Shown: positions 30,026 to 40,244, numbered from the stretch's first letter. The stretch is DNA of 64,000 nt from Dehalococcoidia bacterium (GCA_965261825.1 CBDHED010000004.1:73458-137457), one strand, 5' to 3'. The notes: a model not told the origin generated them from the sequence alone. Translations and numbers: made by a program.

Positions 30026-30412
30026 CTACTCTAACTCCGAAAGGTAGCTTTCGTACTCTTCAGCACTGAGGAGGTTGTCCAGCTGGGCCTGGTCTACACC
30101 GGCCATGCGGACCATCCAGCCGCCGGAGTACGGGTCCTCATTGACCAGCTCCGGCTTTTGTTCCAGCTCTTCGTTGGCTTCCACTATCTCTCCGGACAGC
30201 GGGCTGAACAAGTCCGATACGGCTTTTACGGACTCTATCTCTCCCAGTTTCTGAAACTGCTCAACGGTGACGCCAGCATCGGGCAAGTCCACATAAACAA
30301 CGTCACCCAGCTGGTCTTGGGCATACTGAGTAATGCCCACTACAGCCTGGCCTTCGCTTTCTATCAGAACCCACTCGTGCTCCTTGGAATAGCGCCTATC
30401 AGTGGGGTTCAT
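30026..30412 (-). CDS. gcvH: Glycine cleavage system H protein
   Basis: HEW, IESVKAVSD lipoyl site, VNEDPY. Confidence 0.96.
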   Translation of the reverse strand: MNPTDRRYSKEHEWVLIESEGQAVVGITQYAQDQLGDVVYVDLPDAGVTVEQFQKLGEIESVKAVSDLFSPLSGEIVEANEELEQKPELVNEDPYSGGWMVRMAGVDQAQLDNLLSAEEYESYLSELE

Positions 30413-31506
30413 CAGGTCCTCCTACGGGAATAGAACGGAAGGTCAACAACCCTAGCCTCCACCACCCTGCCACGCACATCTACGTCAAGCCTTGCGTCCG
30501 GAGAAGCCATATCAGTTTGAACATATCCCAAGCCAATATAGCTGTCAAGCGAAGGGGAATAGCCCCCGCTGGTCACCAGGCCAATTTCAGACCCCTCACT
30601 GAGTATTCGGTACCCATGCCTGGGCACTCCCCTGCCAACCATGCTAATGCCCACCAGCTTTCGCTTCAGGCCTTCTTCCAGGCTGCGTTGCAAGGCCGCT
30701 GAATAGATGGACTCCTTATCCATGTGGACGAATCTCTCCAATCCAACCTCCAGCGGAGTCACCGTGGCGTCCATGTCCGACCCATGCAACATCAGGCCCG
30801 CTTCCAGCCGCAATACGTCCCTGGCGCCCAAGCCACAGGGGACGGCGCCCATCTCCATCAGCCGGTTCCACAAAGCGGCGCTTTGCGCGGCGCCAGGCAT
30901 TATCTCGAATCCGTCCTCTCCGGTATATCCGGTCCTGGCTACGTAGGCGGACATGCCGTCTATCTCCACCCTGGTGATGCGAAACGGCCTAAGCGATTCG
31001 GACAATCCCGGCGCAAGCTTATCCATGGCTTCCGCAGCCAGCGGGCCCTGGTAAGCGATCATACCCACCTCAAAGGTACGGTCATCCAACATGACGTTCT
31101 GGAACTTGGTGTCGCGCCACATCTCCAAGGTGCTCCACACGTCCCCTCTGTTGGCCGCATTGCATATAAGCATGTACTCCTCGTCACCCAGCCGGTAGAT
31201 GATCCCATCGTCTAAGATGCCCCCGTCCTTGGTGCAAACTAGAGTGTAGCGGGCCCGGTTATGCCGCAAAACGGGTACATTTGCGGTGGTCAACCAGTTC
31301 AAGAGATGAACCGCATCGGGGCCCTGCAACAGGATGCGGCCCATGTGCGACACATCGAACAAACCGGAGGCGGAGCGAACGGCTCGTGCCTCGGCTAGAA
31401 TACCTTCGAATTGTATGGGCATCTCCCATCCGGCAAAATCAACCATCCTGCCGTTCAAAGAGACGTGCGTATTAAATAATGCAGTTCGATGAAGCGTCTC
31501 AGTCAA
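30412..31506 (-). CDS. gcvT: Aminomethyltransferase (T protein)
   Basis: FDVSHMG, RTGYTGEDGFE, GLGARDVLRLEAG. Confidence 0.96.
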   Translation of the reverse strand: MTETLHRTALFNTHVSLNGRMVDFAGWEMPIQFEGILAEARAVRSASGLFDVSHMGRILLQGPDAVHLLNWLTTANVPVLRHNRARYTLVCTKDGGILDDGIIYRLGDEEYMLICNAANRGDVWSTLEMWRDTKFQNVMLDDRTFEVGMIAYQGPLAAEAMDKLAPGLSESLRPFRITRVEIDGMSAYVARTGYTGEDGFEIMPGAAQSAALWNRLMEMGAVPCGLGARDVLRLEAGLMLHGSDMDATVTPLEVGLERFVHMDKESIYSAALQRSLEEGLKRKLVGISMVGRGVPRHGYRILSEGSEIGLVTSGGYSPSLDSYIGLGYVQTDMASPDARLDVDVRGRVVEARVVDLPFYSRRRT

Positions 31507-31600
31507 TTGCGTTCTCCATAGGAAAATGGTACTTGGCCGCTCAATGCAGTGTCAACGCCGCTGGTCTACAAACTCCGCAACTCGTATACTTAGGGTTTAT

Positions 31601-32686
31601 ATGAACAGATTGCCTCTACACCACTTACACCAGCAGCTTGGCGCATCTTTTACAGGTTTGGCGGACTGGGAAGTACCCGCCGCCTACAAAGATGCAGCCA
31701 GCGAGTATAGGGCGGCCACGGAAGACGTCGCCCTCATCGACAGGTCATACTTGGGAAGGTTCTGCGTCCAGGGCAAGGACACCTTGGACCTGCTCAACAG
31801 GCTGTCGTCCTACAAGGTGGACGTGCTGCCGGAAGGAACAGGAGCGGCCACGGTGCTTCCCACTAACAAAGGCCGCGTTATAGACCTGCTGCAGCTGTTC
31901 GCTACGCAAGACGGCCTTCTGATGACGACAAGCCCGCACACTAGGCAGCGCGTGGCGGAGTGGATAGATCTCTACACATTCCTGGAGGAGGTCTCGCTGG
32001 AAGATGCCACGGAGCGAACGGCCATGCTGACGCTGCACGGCCCCGAAGTCGAGGGGCTGCTGCAACACCTCTTCAGCACGCACCCGGCCCAGCTGGAACT
32101 TTACGGCAACAGCAAGGCGTCCCTAAACGGCGTGGACGCAATACTGCTCAGAACAGACCCCCTGGATTCGCCCGGCTACGACATCGTCGTAGACGTAGCA
32201 GACGCCGGGCGAATATGGCAAGCGCTGGTAGATGCTGGAGCCACCCCGGTTGGTGAAGAAGCGTACAACGCGCTGCGCATCCAAGCCGGAATTCCCAGGT
32301 ACGGTTGGGAGCTGAGCGAGGCCGTGAATCCCTGGGAGGTCAATCTTGACCGCTACATACACTTTGAAAAGGGATGCTATACGGGCCAGGAGGTGATCCT
32401 TCGCCTGTACAACTACAACAAAGTACAACGAAGGCTGGTTTCTCTACTGCTGCCGTCCGGTGACATAGCCAAAGGAGCAAAGCTCCTGGCCGGTGAAGAA
32501 GACGCAGGCTGGGTATCTTCCGCAGCGATCCACCCCCTGACCGGGCAGGCTATGGGACTGGGCGTGGTGCGTTCCGCCCATATCAAGCCTGGCGCCGTTC
32601 TGCAAGTGGTCGACACGGCAGGCGCCATCGTAGGTCAAGCCATGGTGAAGGAGCTTCCTCAGAAAGAACCGGTGGTCAGCCGGTGA
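31601..32686 (+). CDS. ygfZ: YgfZ/GcvT-like folate-binding protein
   Basis: KGCYTGQE signature; ATG at 31601. Confidence 0.85.
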   Translation: MNRLPLHHLHQQLGASFTGLADWEVPAAYKDAASEYRAATEDVALIDRSYLGRFCVQGKDTLDLLNRLSSYKVDVLPEGTGAATVLPTNKGRVIDLLQLFATQDGLLMTTSPHTRQRVAEWIDLYTFLEEVSLEDATERTAMLTLHGPEVEGLLQHLFSTHPAQLELYGNSKASLNGVDAILLRTDPLDSPGYDIVVDVADAGRIWQALVDAGATPVGEEAYNALRIQAGIPRYGWELSEAVNPWEVNLDRYIHFEKGCYTGQEVILRLYNYNKVQRRLVSLLLPSGDIAKGAKLLAGEEDAGWVSSAAIHPLTGQAMGLGVVRSAHIKPGAVLQVVDTAGAIVGQAMVKELPQKEPVVSR

Positions 32687-32733
32687 GCAAGGGCGCAACG
32701 GTTGCATCGCGCCGCCGCCGTGCCCACGTGCCG

Positions 32734-33489
32734 CTACAGCACCAGGCCGCCGTCCACGGAAAAGGCTTGGCCAGTGATATAGCCGGCCTCTTCGCCGGCA
32801 AGAAAGGCCACGAGGCTGGCTACGTCCTGCGGAGAACCTAAGTGTCTCATGGCAATACGGCTGGTGACCAGCTCCATCATCTCCTTTGTCATCGTCTTAG
32901 CCATGCCGGTCTCGATGAAACCCGGAGTGAGCGAATTGACCGTTATATTGCGTGATGCGATCTCCCTTGCCAGGCTCTTGGTCAACCCCACCAAGCCGGC
33001 CTTGGAAGCGGCGTAATTGGCCTGACCAACGTTGCCCACCATACCAACTACGGATGATATTATGATGATCCTGCCCCAGCGTTTCCGCAGCATGGTCTTG
33101 GCAGCAGCCCGGCAGCAGAGGAAGGCTCCTTTCAAGTTGACCTCTACCACATCGTCCCAGTCCGATTCGGACATTCGAATAAGAAGGCTGTCTTTGTTGA
33201 TACCCGCGTTATTGACCAGGATATCCACGCCGCCCCAGTCGTCCTCCAGCCTGCGGAACATGTCCTGTACCTGCGTCGAGTTGGTGACGTCGGCGGCTAA
33301 TGGGATCGCCTCCGAATCAGCACGGCGAATCTCTTCAGCGATCTCCTCAGCTCGCGTTTTGTCCGAGTTGTAGTGCACACCGAGGCGCGCCCCCTGCGAG
33401 GCGAGCTTCAAAGCTATGCTACGACCAATACCGCCGGATGCGCCCGTAACCAGGGCTACTTTCCCCTGCAACGGGCGTTCATGGGTCAT
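32734..33489 (-). CDS. fabG: 3-oxoacyl-ACP reductase
   Basis: TGASGGIG, NNAG, GQANYAASK. Confidence 0.9.
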   Translation of the reverse strand: MTHERPLQGKVALVTGASGGIGRSIALKLASQGARLGVHYNSDKTRAEEIAEEIRRADSEAIPLAADVTNSTQVQDMFRRLEDDWGGVDILVNNAGINKDSLLIRMSESDWDDVVEVNLKGAFLCCRAAAKTMLRKRWGRIIIISSVVGMVGNVGQANYAASKAGLVGLTKSLAREIASRNITVNSLTPGFIETGMAKTMTKEMMELVTSRIAMRHLGSPQDVASLVAFLAGEEAGYITGQAFSVDGGLVL

Positions 33490-34508
33490 CTTGGCGCCTT
33501 GTCCGAAATATCGAGCGCCGCCAGTTCATTCCTCATCGCCTCAACCAGTCCAGCATCTACAACTCCCCTGGCAAGCTTGGCGGCCTCCGCCACGCTATCG
33601 GCGCTGGCGCGTCCGTGGCCAACGATCACTGTGCCGTCCACGCCGAACAGAGGGCCGCCGCCACCCACCTCAGCGGGAGCGGTTATGGCGGCAAGCTCCC
33701 CCGAGATTCCTTCCAAGGCCTGGGACGGCAGCCAGTGACCCAATGCCTCAGGCAGATACTGGCGCAGCGCCATGCCCAGTCCCTCCGCATACTTCATCAA
33801 CACGTTGCCGACGAAACCGTCACAGACCACCACGTCGGCCTTGTTCAAGAACAGGTCCATGCCCTCCACGTTGCCCACAAAGTTGAGGCCGCTTTCCTTG
33901 AACAGAGGATAGGCCTCCTTGGTCTGGCGGTTGCCCTTTCCTTCCTCCGCGCCCACACTCAAAAGGCCGACTCTTGGCGTCTGAACGCCCTGCATGGTGC
34001 GCGCAAAGGCGACTCCCAGCGCGCCAAACCCCAGGAGCTGGATGGGCCGGCAGTCCACGTTGCTGCCCAGGTCCATGAGCAGCGTTTGGGAAAGCTTGCC
34101 GAAGAGCGGCCCGCCTACAGTCGGGCGGTCTATGCCTTGGAGCAAGCCCAACAGCAGCGTGGCCGAAGCCATGGAGGCTCCAGTAGGGCCCATAGACACT
34201 ACGGCCTGCGCCTCGCCGGTCTTGATCAGCTTGGTTGCCACCACTATGGAGGCGTTGGGTTTCTCCCTAATAGCCCGTACCGGGTTGTCCGTCTCTTCTA
34301 TAGTTCCCTGTGAAGGCACAATCGTGATATCCAGACCGCCCGCATCCAAGCGGGATAGCTCGGCTTCCACGACGCTCCGGTCTCCAACAAGCAGAACATG
34401 ACAGCCGTACTTCCTGGCAGCCTGCACAGCGCCGGCCACAGGTTCCATTGGGGCAAAGTCTCCACCCATAGCATCGATGGCGACTCTGAACTTACCTGCT
34501 TCTGACAT
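33486..34508 (-). CDS. plsX: Phosphate acyltransferase
   Basis: AIDAMGGD, EEGKG, FVGNVEG, DGFVGN; ATG at 34508. Confidence 0.92.
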   Translation of the reverse strand: MSEAGKFRVAIDAMGGDFAPMEPVAGAVQAARKYGCHVLLVGDRSVVEAELSRLDAGGLDITIVPSQGTIEETDNPVRAIREKPNASIVVATKLIKTGEAQAVVSMGPTGASMASATLLLGLLQGIDRPTVGGPLFGKLSQTLLMDLGSNVDCRPIQLLGFGALGVAFARTMQGVQTPRVGLLSVGAEEGKGNRQTKEAYPLFKESGLNFVGNVEGMDLFLNKADVVVCDGFVGNVLMKYAEGLGMALRQYLPEALGHWLPSQALEGISGELAAITAPAEVGGGGPLFGVDGTVIVGHGRASADSVAEAAKLARGVVDAGLVEAMRNELAALDISDKAPR

Positions 34509-34519
34509 TCCACGTCCTT

Positions 34520-34936
34520 TCAAGGATCTCTTACAAATAGGGACGCCTCTCCAGTGATAACGTCCTCTCCGTCCACTTTGCGGCATCCAACGGTGCATTT
34601 TACCCTATCGCCGTCCTCACCGTTAGTGATACCCGTCACTTCACCAAAAGTAACCACCCTGTCACCCGGATAGACCGGCGCCCGGAAGCGCACTTTCAAA
34701 CGCCCTGAGTCCAGCCATGACTTGCCGAACTCCTTGGTCAGCATTTCTGAAATGAAGGCCAGCACCAGCATACCGTGAACCACAATGCGCCCAAAAGTGC
34801 TATGGGAGGCAAACTCGGCATTCAAGTGCACCGGGTTGTGGTCGCCTGAAACCTCGGCGTAACGGTTGATTTGGTCCTGGGTAACGGACCTGACCAGCTC
34901 AGGCAGTGAAGCGCTCTGTTGCAATGGTTTACTCAT
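34520..34936 (-). CDS. MaoC family (hot-dog) dehydratase
   Basis: SGDHNPVH hydratase motif, HGML, FRAPVYPGD. Confidence 0.88.
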   Translation of the reverse strand: MSKPLQQSASLPELVRSVTQDQINRYAEVSGDHNPVHLNAEFASHSTFGRIVVHGMLVLAFISEMLTKEFGKSWLDSGRLKVRFRAPVYPGDRVVTFGEVTGITNGEDGDRVKCTVGCRKVDGEDVITGEASLFVRDP

Positions 34937-35327
34937 TTTCCCCAAACACAATCAACGTGGTGCGGCCATCCAGCAACGGCGACGATTGATTGCCGGTAAT
35001 GGTGAACTCGAACACTATGAAGTGACCGCCCTTGCCCCTTTGGCTGGACTGTACGATCCTGGCGTGACAGGACACACTTTCCCCGACCCTGGCGGCACGG
35101 TGCGATTCCAACTCCTGCGATACGTGGACGGCACCTTCGGGAATACCCAGGCCCGTGAGCAGAGTCCTGATCCCCAGAGCGGCCAGAGCAGTCGTTGGCG
35201 CGTAATCTTCCCTGTAGACGGGTGACTCCGCTCCCACTATGGAGAGGTATTCGTCCAGCATGGCACGGTCAAGGACGAAGCTTGCCGGCCGCAACTCGCG
35301 GCCTGCGGTTAATTCGTATTCGCTCAT
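34929..35327 (-). CDS. MaoC-like hot-dog fold partner subunit
   Basis: GAVHVSQE motif; overlaps the MaoC gene. Confidence 0.72.
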   Translation of the reverse strand: MSEYELTAGRELRPASFVLDRAMLDEYLSIVGAESPVYREDYAPTTALAALGIRTLLTGLGIPEGAVHVSQELESHRAARVGESVSCHARIVQSSQRGKGGHFIVFEFTITGNQSSPLLDGRTTLIVFGENE

Positions 35328-35384
35328 AATCTCAATAACCCGTCCACTTCAAACGGCACAGATTATAGGGATGAGTATGCTAAC

Positions 35385-35783
35385 ATGCTAGTGATTCAAG
35401 TGCCATTAGATGAAGACTCTCAGCCCTTATTGCAAATGCCTTCTCCAGCAACAGCTAGCCGCGGAGACCTCTTGGAACGCGCCTGGGTAGTCTTGGTGGA
35501 TACGGCCAGAGCAGGCAAGACCATCTCCTACAGTGAGCTTGCCCTGGCGGTGGGACTACCCCACCTGCAGCGCAGCATTCACAGAAGAGTAGTGGCGCCG
35601 CTCTGTTCACGCGTTTGCCAGCCCAACGGTTACCCGGACATAGCGAGCCTGGTAGTGCGAAAGGACAGCGGACGCCCCGGAGTCGGCTGGTGGAGCGAAG
35701 CGGGCGGCCTCAATATAGAGATGTGGCGAGACGAGCTAGCACGGGTACACGCTTTTCAGTGGCCTGATCATCTGCCTCTTTGA
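35385..35783 (+). CDS. Hypothetical protein, winged-helix-like
   Basis: TISYSELA...SLVVRKDSGRPG pattern; true start uncertain. Confidence 0.55.
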   Translation: MLVIQVPLDEDSQPLLQMPSPATASRGDLLERAWVVLVDTARAGKTISYSELALAVGLPHLQRSIHRRVVAPLCSRVCQPNGYPDIASLVVRKDSGRPGVGWWSEAGGLNIEMWRDELARVHAFQWPDHLPL

Positions 35784-35818
35784 TAAAGTGGAGGCATCAT
35801 TCCAGCGTGGGAGGCGTC

Positions 35819-36205
35819 ATGCCCGTACAGTTCATCAATCCAGCCGCCATACACACCCCAACCGGATATAGCCACGTGGCCAAAGCAGGCAACTTGGTCT
35901 CCATAGCCGGTCAGCTCTCCATCGGCAAGGATGGCAACGTAGTCGGTGAAGGAGACATCCAGGCGCAGACCAAACAAGCCCTGTTCAATCTGGAAGAAGC
36001 GGTCAAGGCATCCGGAGGCACCAAGGAAGACATTGCGGCCATTCGCGTCTACATGACAAACCGGGACGACCTAGAGGGGATGCGACAGGCCCGCGCCGGA
36101 TTTTGGGAGGGCACACCACCGGCGAGCACCTTGCTCTTCATCAGCGGACTGGTGCGGCCAGAGTTTCTCATCGAGATAGAAGCGCTGGCAGTGGTGGGCG
36201 GATGA
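35819..36205 (+). CDS. RidA/YjgF family protein
   Basis: GYSH, AGQ, PPASTL, LIEIEA; ATG at 35819 with GGAGG SD. Confidence 0.88.
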   Translation: MPVQFINPAAIHTPTGYSHVAKAGNLVSIAGQLSIGKDGNVVGEGDIQAQTKQALFNLEEAVKASGGTKEDIAAIRVYMTNRDDLEGMRQARAGFWEGTPPASTLLFISGLVRPEFLIEIEALAVVGG

Positions 36206-36248
36206 GCGGACTTTCAGGAAACCGGGCGCGGGCAGACTATATCATAGC

Positions 36249-37019
36249 TTGGCAGATTCACGAGCACCCTTGAAACCAATGCCTCAAAATACATCACCTC
36301 ACACTCTGCACGGGAAGGAAAAAGCCCAGTACGTGGCCGGCATGTTTGCCCGCATTGCACGGCGATACGACCTGCTGAATACCGTGATGACCGCGGGAAT
36401 GCATCACCGCTGGCGCAGGCTGACGACGCGTCTGGCCGTGGAAGGACTGGAAGGCACCGCCCTTGACGTGGCCACGGGCACCGGCGATTTGGCTTTCTCC
36501 TTGTCAAGGCGCAAAGAGGTGAGCTACACCATAGGCGTTGACTTTGTTCCAGAGATGGTGTCGCTTGCCGCCCTCAAGGCGAACCGGTTGCGACTGTCTG
36601 GCGACACTCTTTTTCTGCAGGGAGACGCCTTGACGCTACCGTTCCAAGACGATACCTTCATTTGCGCCACCTCAGGATTCAGCATGCGCAACGTGGTGGA
36701 TGTGCCGCTGGCGGTAGCGGAAATGACCAGGGTGGTGAAGCCCGGTGGAAGAGTGGCAGTGATGGAGATCACCCAGTTCACCAAAAACGGCCTATTCCCC
36801 AAGCTGTTCCGGTTCTACTTTCACAGGATAGTGCCGCTGATCGGAGGGTTGATCGGGGGAGACCGTGAAGCGTACACCTACCTGCCGCGTTCCGTAGACC
36901 TGTTCCCGACCGCGGAGGCGTTTGCATCCCTGATGGTACAGGCCGGTTTGAAAAACGTGCGCTACTTGAGAGTCGGCATGGGCTCGGTGGCGGTCTACGT
37001 TGGAGAAAAGCCGCTCTGA
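36249..37019 (+). CDS. menG: UbiE/MenG family methyltransferase
   Basis: FARIARRYDLLN, LDVATGTGD, MRNV, AYTYLP.S. Confidence 0.85.
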   Translation: MADSRAPLKPMPQNTSPHTLHGKEKAQYVAGMFARIARRYDLLNTVMTAGMHHRWRRLTTRLAVEGLEGTALDVATGTGDLAFSLSRRKEVSYTIGVDFVPEMVSLAALKANRLRLSGDTLFLQGDALTLPFQDDTFICATSGFSMRNVVDVPLAVAEMTRVVKPGGRVAVMEITQFTKNGLFPKLFRFYFHRIVPLIGGLIGGDREAYTYLPRSVDLFPTAEAFASLMVQAGLKNVRYLRVGMGSVAVYVGEKPL

Positions 37020-37075
37020 CGTCTTTCAAAGCATGGTTTATACTGGAAGTCACCTTATGTAACACGGAGGCAAAG

Positions 37076-37429
37076 ATGCCAATCATCCACACAGGAGACA
37101 TACCGCCGGACGAGCTTTCAGGCAACAAGCGACAGACCATGGTCAATGGAGACCTGGGTGCAACCGCACTAACCGTATTCCAACTGGACGTACCGCCGGG
37201 AGGAGAGATACCTCTGCACATTCACCCGGGTCACGAGGAGTGTATGCTCGTCTTGGAGGGGACCCTTGAAGCCGTAGTAGACGACCACGTGGAGCAGGTA
37301 GGCCCAGGAGATACCATACTAGCCCCCAGTGACGCCAAGCACTCCCTGGTCAACAAGAGTGACAAGCCTGCCAGATTCATTGCCATCTTCCCCACAACCG
37401 ACGTACAGCGTCACTTCTTGGACTCTTAG
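37076..37429 (+). CDS. Cupin domain protein
   Basis: HIHPGHEE and H-x-x-x-N cupin motifs. Confidence 0.85.
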   Translation: MPIIHTGDIPPDELSGNKRQTMVNGDLGATALTVFQLDVPPGGEIPLHIHPGHEECMLVLEGTLEAVVDDHVEQVGPGDTILAPSDAKHSLVNKSDKPARFIAIFPTTDVQRHFLDS

Positions 37430-37501
37430 CGCAGTTGCCCGCCAGGGCAACCAATGATAGATTGGCCGTCCATGAAGCAGTGAACCTTCCAAGGAGTAGA
37501 T

Positions 37502-38449
37502 ATGGAATACCGTCAACTAGGGAATTCAGGGCTCAAGGTTTCAGTAGTGGGCTTGGGCTGCAACAACTTTGGTGGAAGAGTTGACGCCCAAGGCACGGAA
37601 CGCGTCATCAACCAGTGCATTGAAGAAGACGTCATCCTCTTAGATACGGCCAACACATACGGTGGCGGCCTCTCAGAAGATTACATGGGCAAAGCCCTCA
37701 AAGGTAAGCGCCACCAGGTACTGTTGGCCACCAAGGCAGGTATGAGTGTCGGAGACGGCCCCAACCAGAGCGGGACCTCTCGCAAGTACCTCATGGAAGA
37801 GGTGGAGACCAGCCTGCGCAGACTGCAGACCGACTACATAGACCTGTACCAGATTCACCGCTACGACCCGAAGACATCCGCGGAAGAGACCATGCGTACC
37901 CTGGACGACCTGGTGCACCAAGGCAAGGTCCGTTACATAGGTTGCTCCAACTACACGGCGTGGCAGATGGTGGAAGCCGCGGGGGTAACAGATGCTCTGA
38001 ATCTGGAGCCTTTCGTCAGCTCACAGCCGGAATACAGCATGATGAAACGAGAGGTGGAGAAGGAGGAGGGGCCCACGGCGGCAAGGCTGGGCATGGGAAT
38101 CCTTCCCTACTTCCCTCTGGCCAGCGGGTTCCTTACCGGCAAGTACAAGCGGAATCAGCAGGCGCCGGAAGGCACACGCTTGGCGGGCAATCCACAGCGG
38201 GCGCAGGACACCTTGACCAACCGCAACTTTGATCTCTTAGAGACGCTGGAAGAGTTCGCCGCCGAGCGTGGGAGAACAATGGTGGAGCTTGCCATTGCCT
38301 GGCTTTCGGCAAATCCGGCGGTCAGCAGCGTCATCTCCGGTGCTACCAAGCCGGAACAGGTTACCGCCAATGCCAAAGCCGCCGACTGGCATCTAGCCCC
38401 GGAAGAGAAAGCTCAGCTGGACTCCATTTTAGAAGAGCACGGATTCTAA
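37502..38449 (+). CDS. Aldo/keto reductase
   Basis: LGNSGLKVS, DTANTY, LQTDYIDLYQIH, PLASGFLTGKY. Confidence 0.93.
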   Translation: MEYRQLGNSGLKVSVVGLGCNNFGGRVDAQGTERVINQCIEEDVILLDTANTYGGGLSEDYMGKALKGKRHQVLLATKAGMSVGDGPNQSGTSRKYLMEEVETSLRRLQTDYIDLYQIHRYDPKTSAEETMRTLDDLVHQGKVRYIGCSNYTAWQMVEAAGVTDALNLEPFVSSQPEYSMMKREVEKEEGPTAARLGMGILPYFPLASGFLTGKYKRNQQAPEGTRLAGNPQRAQDTLTNRNFDLLETLEEFAAERGRTMVELAIAWLSANPAVSSVISGATKPEQVTANAKAADWHLAPEEKAQLDSILEEHGF

Positions 38450-38482
38450 ACAGACTTTACATTGAAAGTGTAGTTCTGGCAT

Positions 38483-38566
38483 ATGGAATCCGGTCTAAGC
38501 CATCAGTACGTTAACCTGGGAAGCACAGGCAGCGTACACTACGTCAAGGCCGGCCAGGGTCCGCCC
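38483..38566 (+). pseudogene. N-terminal piece of an interrupted alpha/beta hydrolase
   Basis: MESGLSHQYVNLGSTGSVHYVKAGQGPP joins naturally to LVLLHGLG at 39450. Confidence 0.65.
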
Positions 38567-38683
38567 CCAGGTCGAATCTTTTGGGCAGCCCAACGGGGCT
38601 GGCACTGGTGCTCGGCGGCGGCGGCGTATTCAGTCTGCTGTCCGGCTTGGGCTTTTCGCTTTAAGAGAAGGAGAAATGCACTT

Positions 38684-39281
38684 TTGGTTTACATAGGATC
38701 ATTCTTGATTCTCTTGGGATGCTGGCTGGCGGTAGGCTGCTCTACTCTGGCGACTCCCACGCCCACCTTGACACCTACGTCGACGCCGACACCTGGCATA
38801 GTTTTCCCGCCGACGGTTACTCCCACCTCAACCCCTGCCGTGCCAGTGCCTACGGCTACCTCGGCCCCCACGTACACGCCTACGCCGACTCCTATGCCCA
38901 GCGCAACACCCACGCCCCCGCTCCAGGCAGGGTCGTACATACAGGTTCTTGAGATCGGCTTGCACAGGCAGCATGGAGCCGCTGCTGACCTGTGGCGATT
39001 GGGTGGAGGTCGAGACCGTTTTCACGCAGGAAGATATTAGAGTCGGCTCGGTGATTATCTTCAGAGGCTGCGACTACCTGCTTAAAAAGTACGTCCTGCA
39101 CCGCGTGGTCAGCAAGAGAGAGATTATCCGCGCTTTCGACGGCAGCCAAGATGTCCTATACCAGACCCAGGGGGATGCCAACCTCGATGTGGACCCATGC
39201 ATCACCAGCTTCGTCCAGGTCTACGGTGTAGTTGTGGGCATTCGCAGGGACGGACAGCGCATACCACTGCCACAAAGTTGA
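38684..39281 (+). pseudogene. Pro/Thr-linker lipoprotein with S26 (SipW/Sec11-like) signal peptidase domain, frameshifted near 38950
   Basis: AVGC lipobox and PT repeats in one frame; TGSMEP, HRVV and TQGDAN in another. Confidence 0.6.
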
Positions 39282-39449
39282 GGAAGGGAGAAGTAAATGG
39301 TCACGCCTAACAAAGACATTTCGCAGCCGACTATTGGGCCTCAACAGCCCAGAGTAAGCGGCGCTGTTGCTAAGGGCGGCGCGGCGCCCTCGCAGTCCGA
39401 GCACAACCGCTTGGCTAGTCAGAGCAACCAGCAGGACGACGACGCCGAC

Positions 39450-40244
39450 CTAGTGCTGCTCCACGGGCTGGGGGCCTCTATGGCTGCCTGGCACAATAAC
39501 GTCTCCGCATTCGCCTCCAGGTACACGGTCTACGCACCCGACCTCCCCGGCCATGGCGATACGGACAAGCCAGACATCCCCTACGGCTTGGACATAGGCG
39601 TAGAATTTCTTCCCGAGTTCCTAGACGTGCTTGGCTTGGATCGGAACGTTACGCTAATGGGCAACTCGGCTGGGGGAATGCTTGCAGTGGCGTCCGTACT
39701 GAGGCAACCTGAAAGGTTCAAGGCCATGGTCTTGATTTCACCGGTGGGCTTTGGCCGCGAGTTGGGGCTGCCCATCCGCTTGGCATCCCTTCCCCTGATA
39801 GGAAAACCCCTCCACAAGCTGGACGGCAAAAGCAAGACAAGATTTGTGCAGCGCATATTCTATGACAAGAGTGCTATGCATCCAGAGGCCCACCGCGAGC
39901 TGATACGAGTCCGTTCCATCCCTGAAGCGCGCCGTACCGAGCTTGGCGTGATCCGCCGCAGCGTCACCTTCCGCGGCCTGCGGAAGTCGCTGGTCATCCC
40001 TCACCATGACCTCCTGAACCTGTCTGTGCCCACCCTCCTGGTGTGGGGCAGACAAGACAAGATAGTCCCCGTCAAACAGGCGCGCCATGCAGCTGAACAG
40101 TATCCCTCCATAGAGGTGCGTATATTCCAAGATTGCGGCCACTGGCCGCAAATGGAGCATTCGGACGCGTTCAATCAAGCCGTTCTCGCTTTTCTGGACC
40201 GCGTCTATAGCCCGGACAGGGAGTCCGCTATAAGTGACTCCTGA
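39450..40244 (+). pseudogene. Alpha/beta hydrolase body; may be re-expressed from ATG 39297 inside the insert
   Basis: LLHGLG, DLPGHG, GNSAGG, WGRQD, GHWPQME. Confidence 0.75.

Noticed and set aside
31507..31600. Glycine riboswitch upstream of gcvT
   Set aside because: The divergent spacer is under 100 bp and I see no aptamer motifs
38571..39449. Self-splicing intron or autonomous IS as the hydrolase insert
   Set aside because: No GTGCG start, domain V, reverse transcriptase, homing nuclease or transposase recognised
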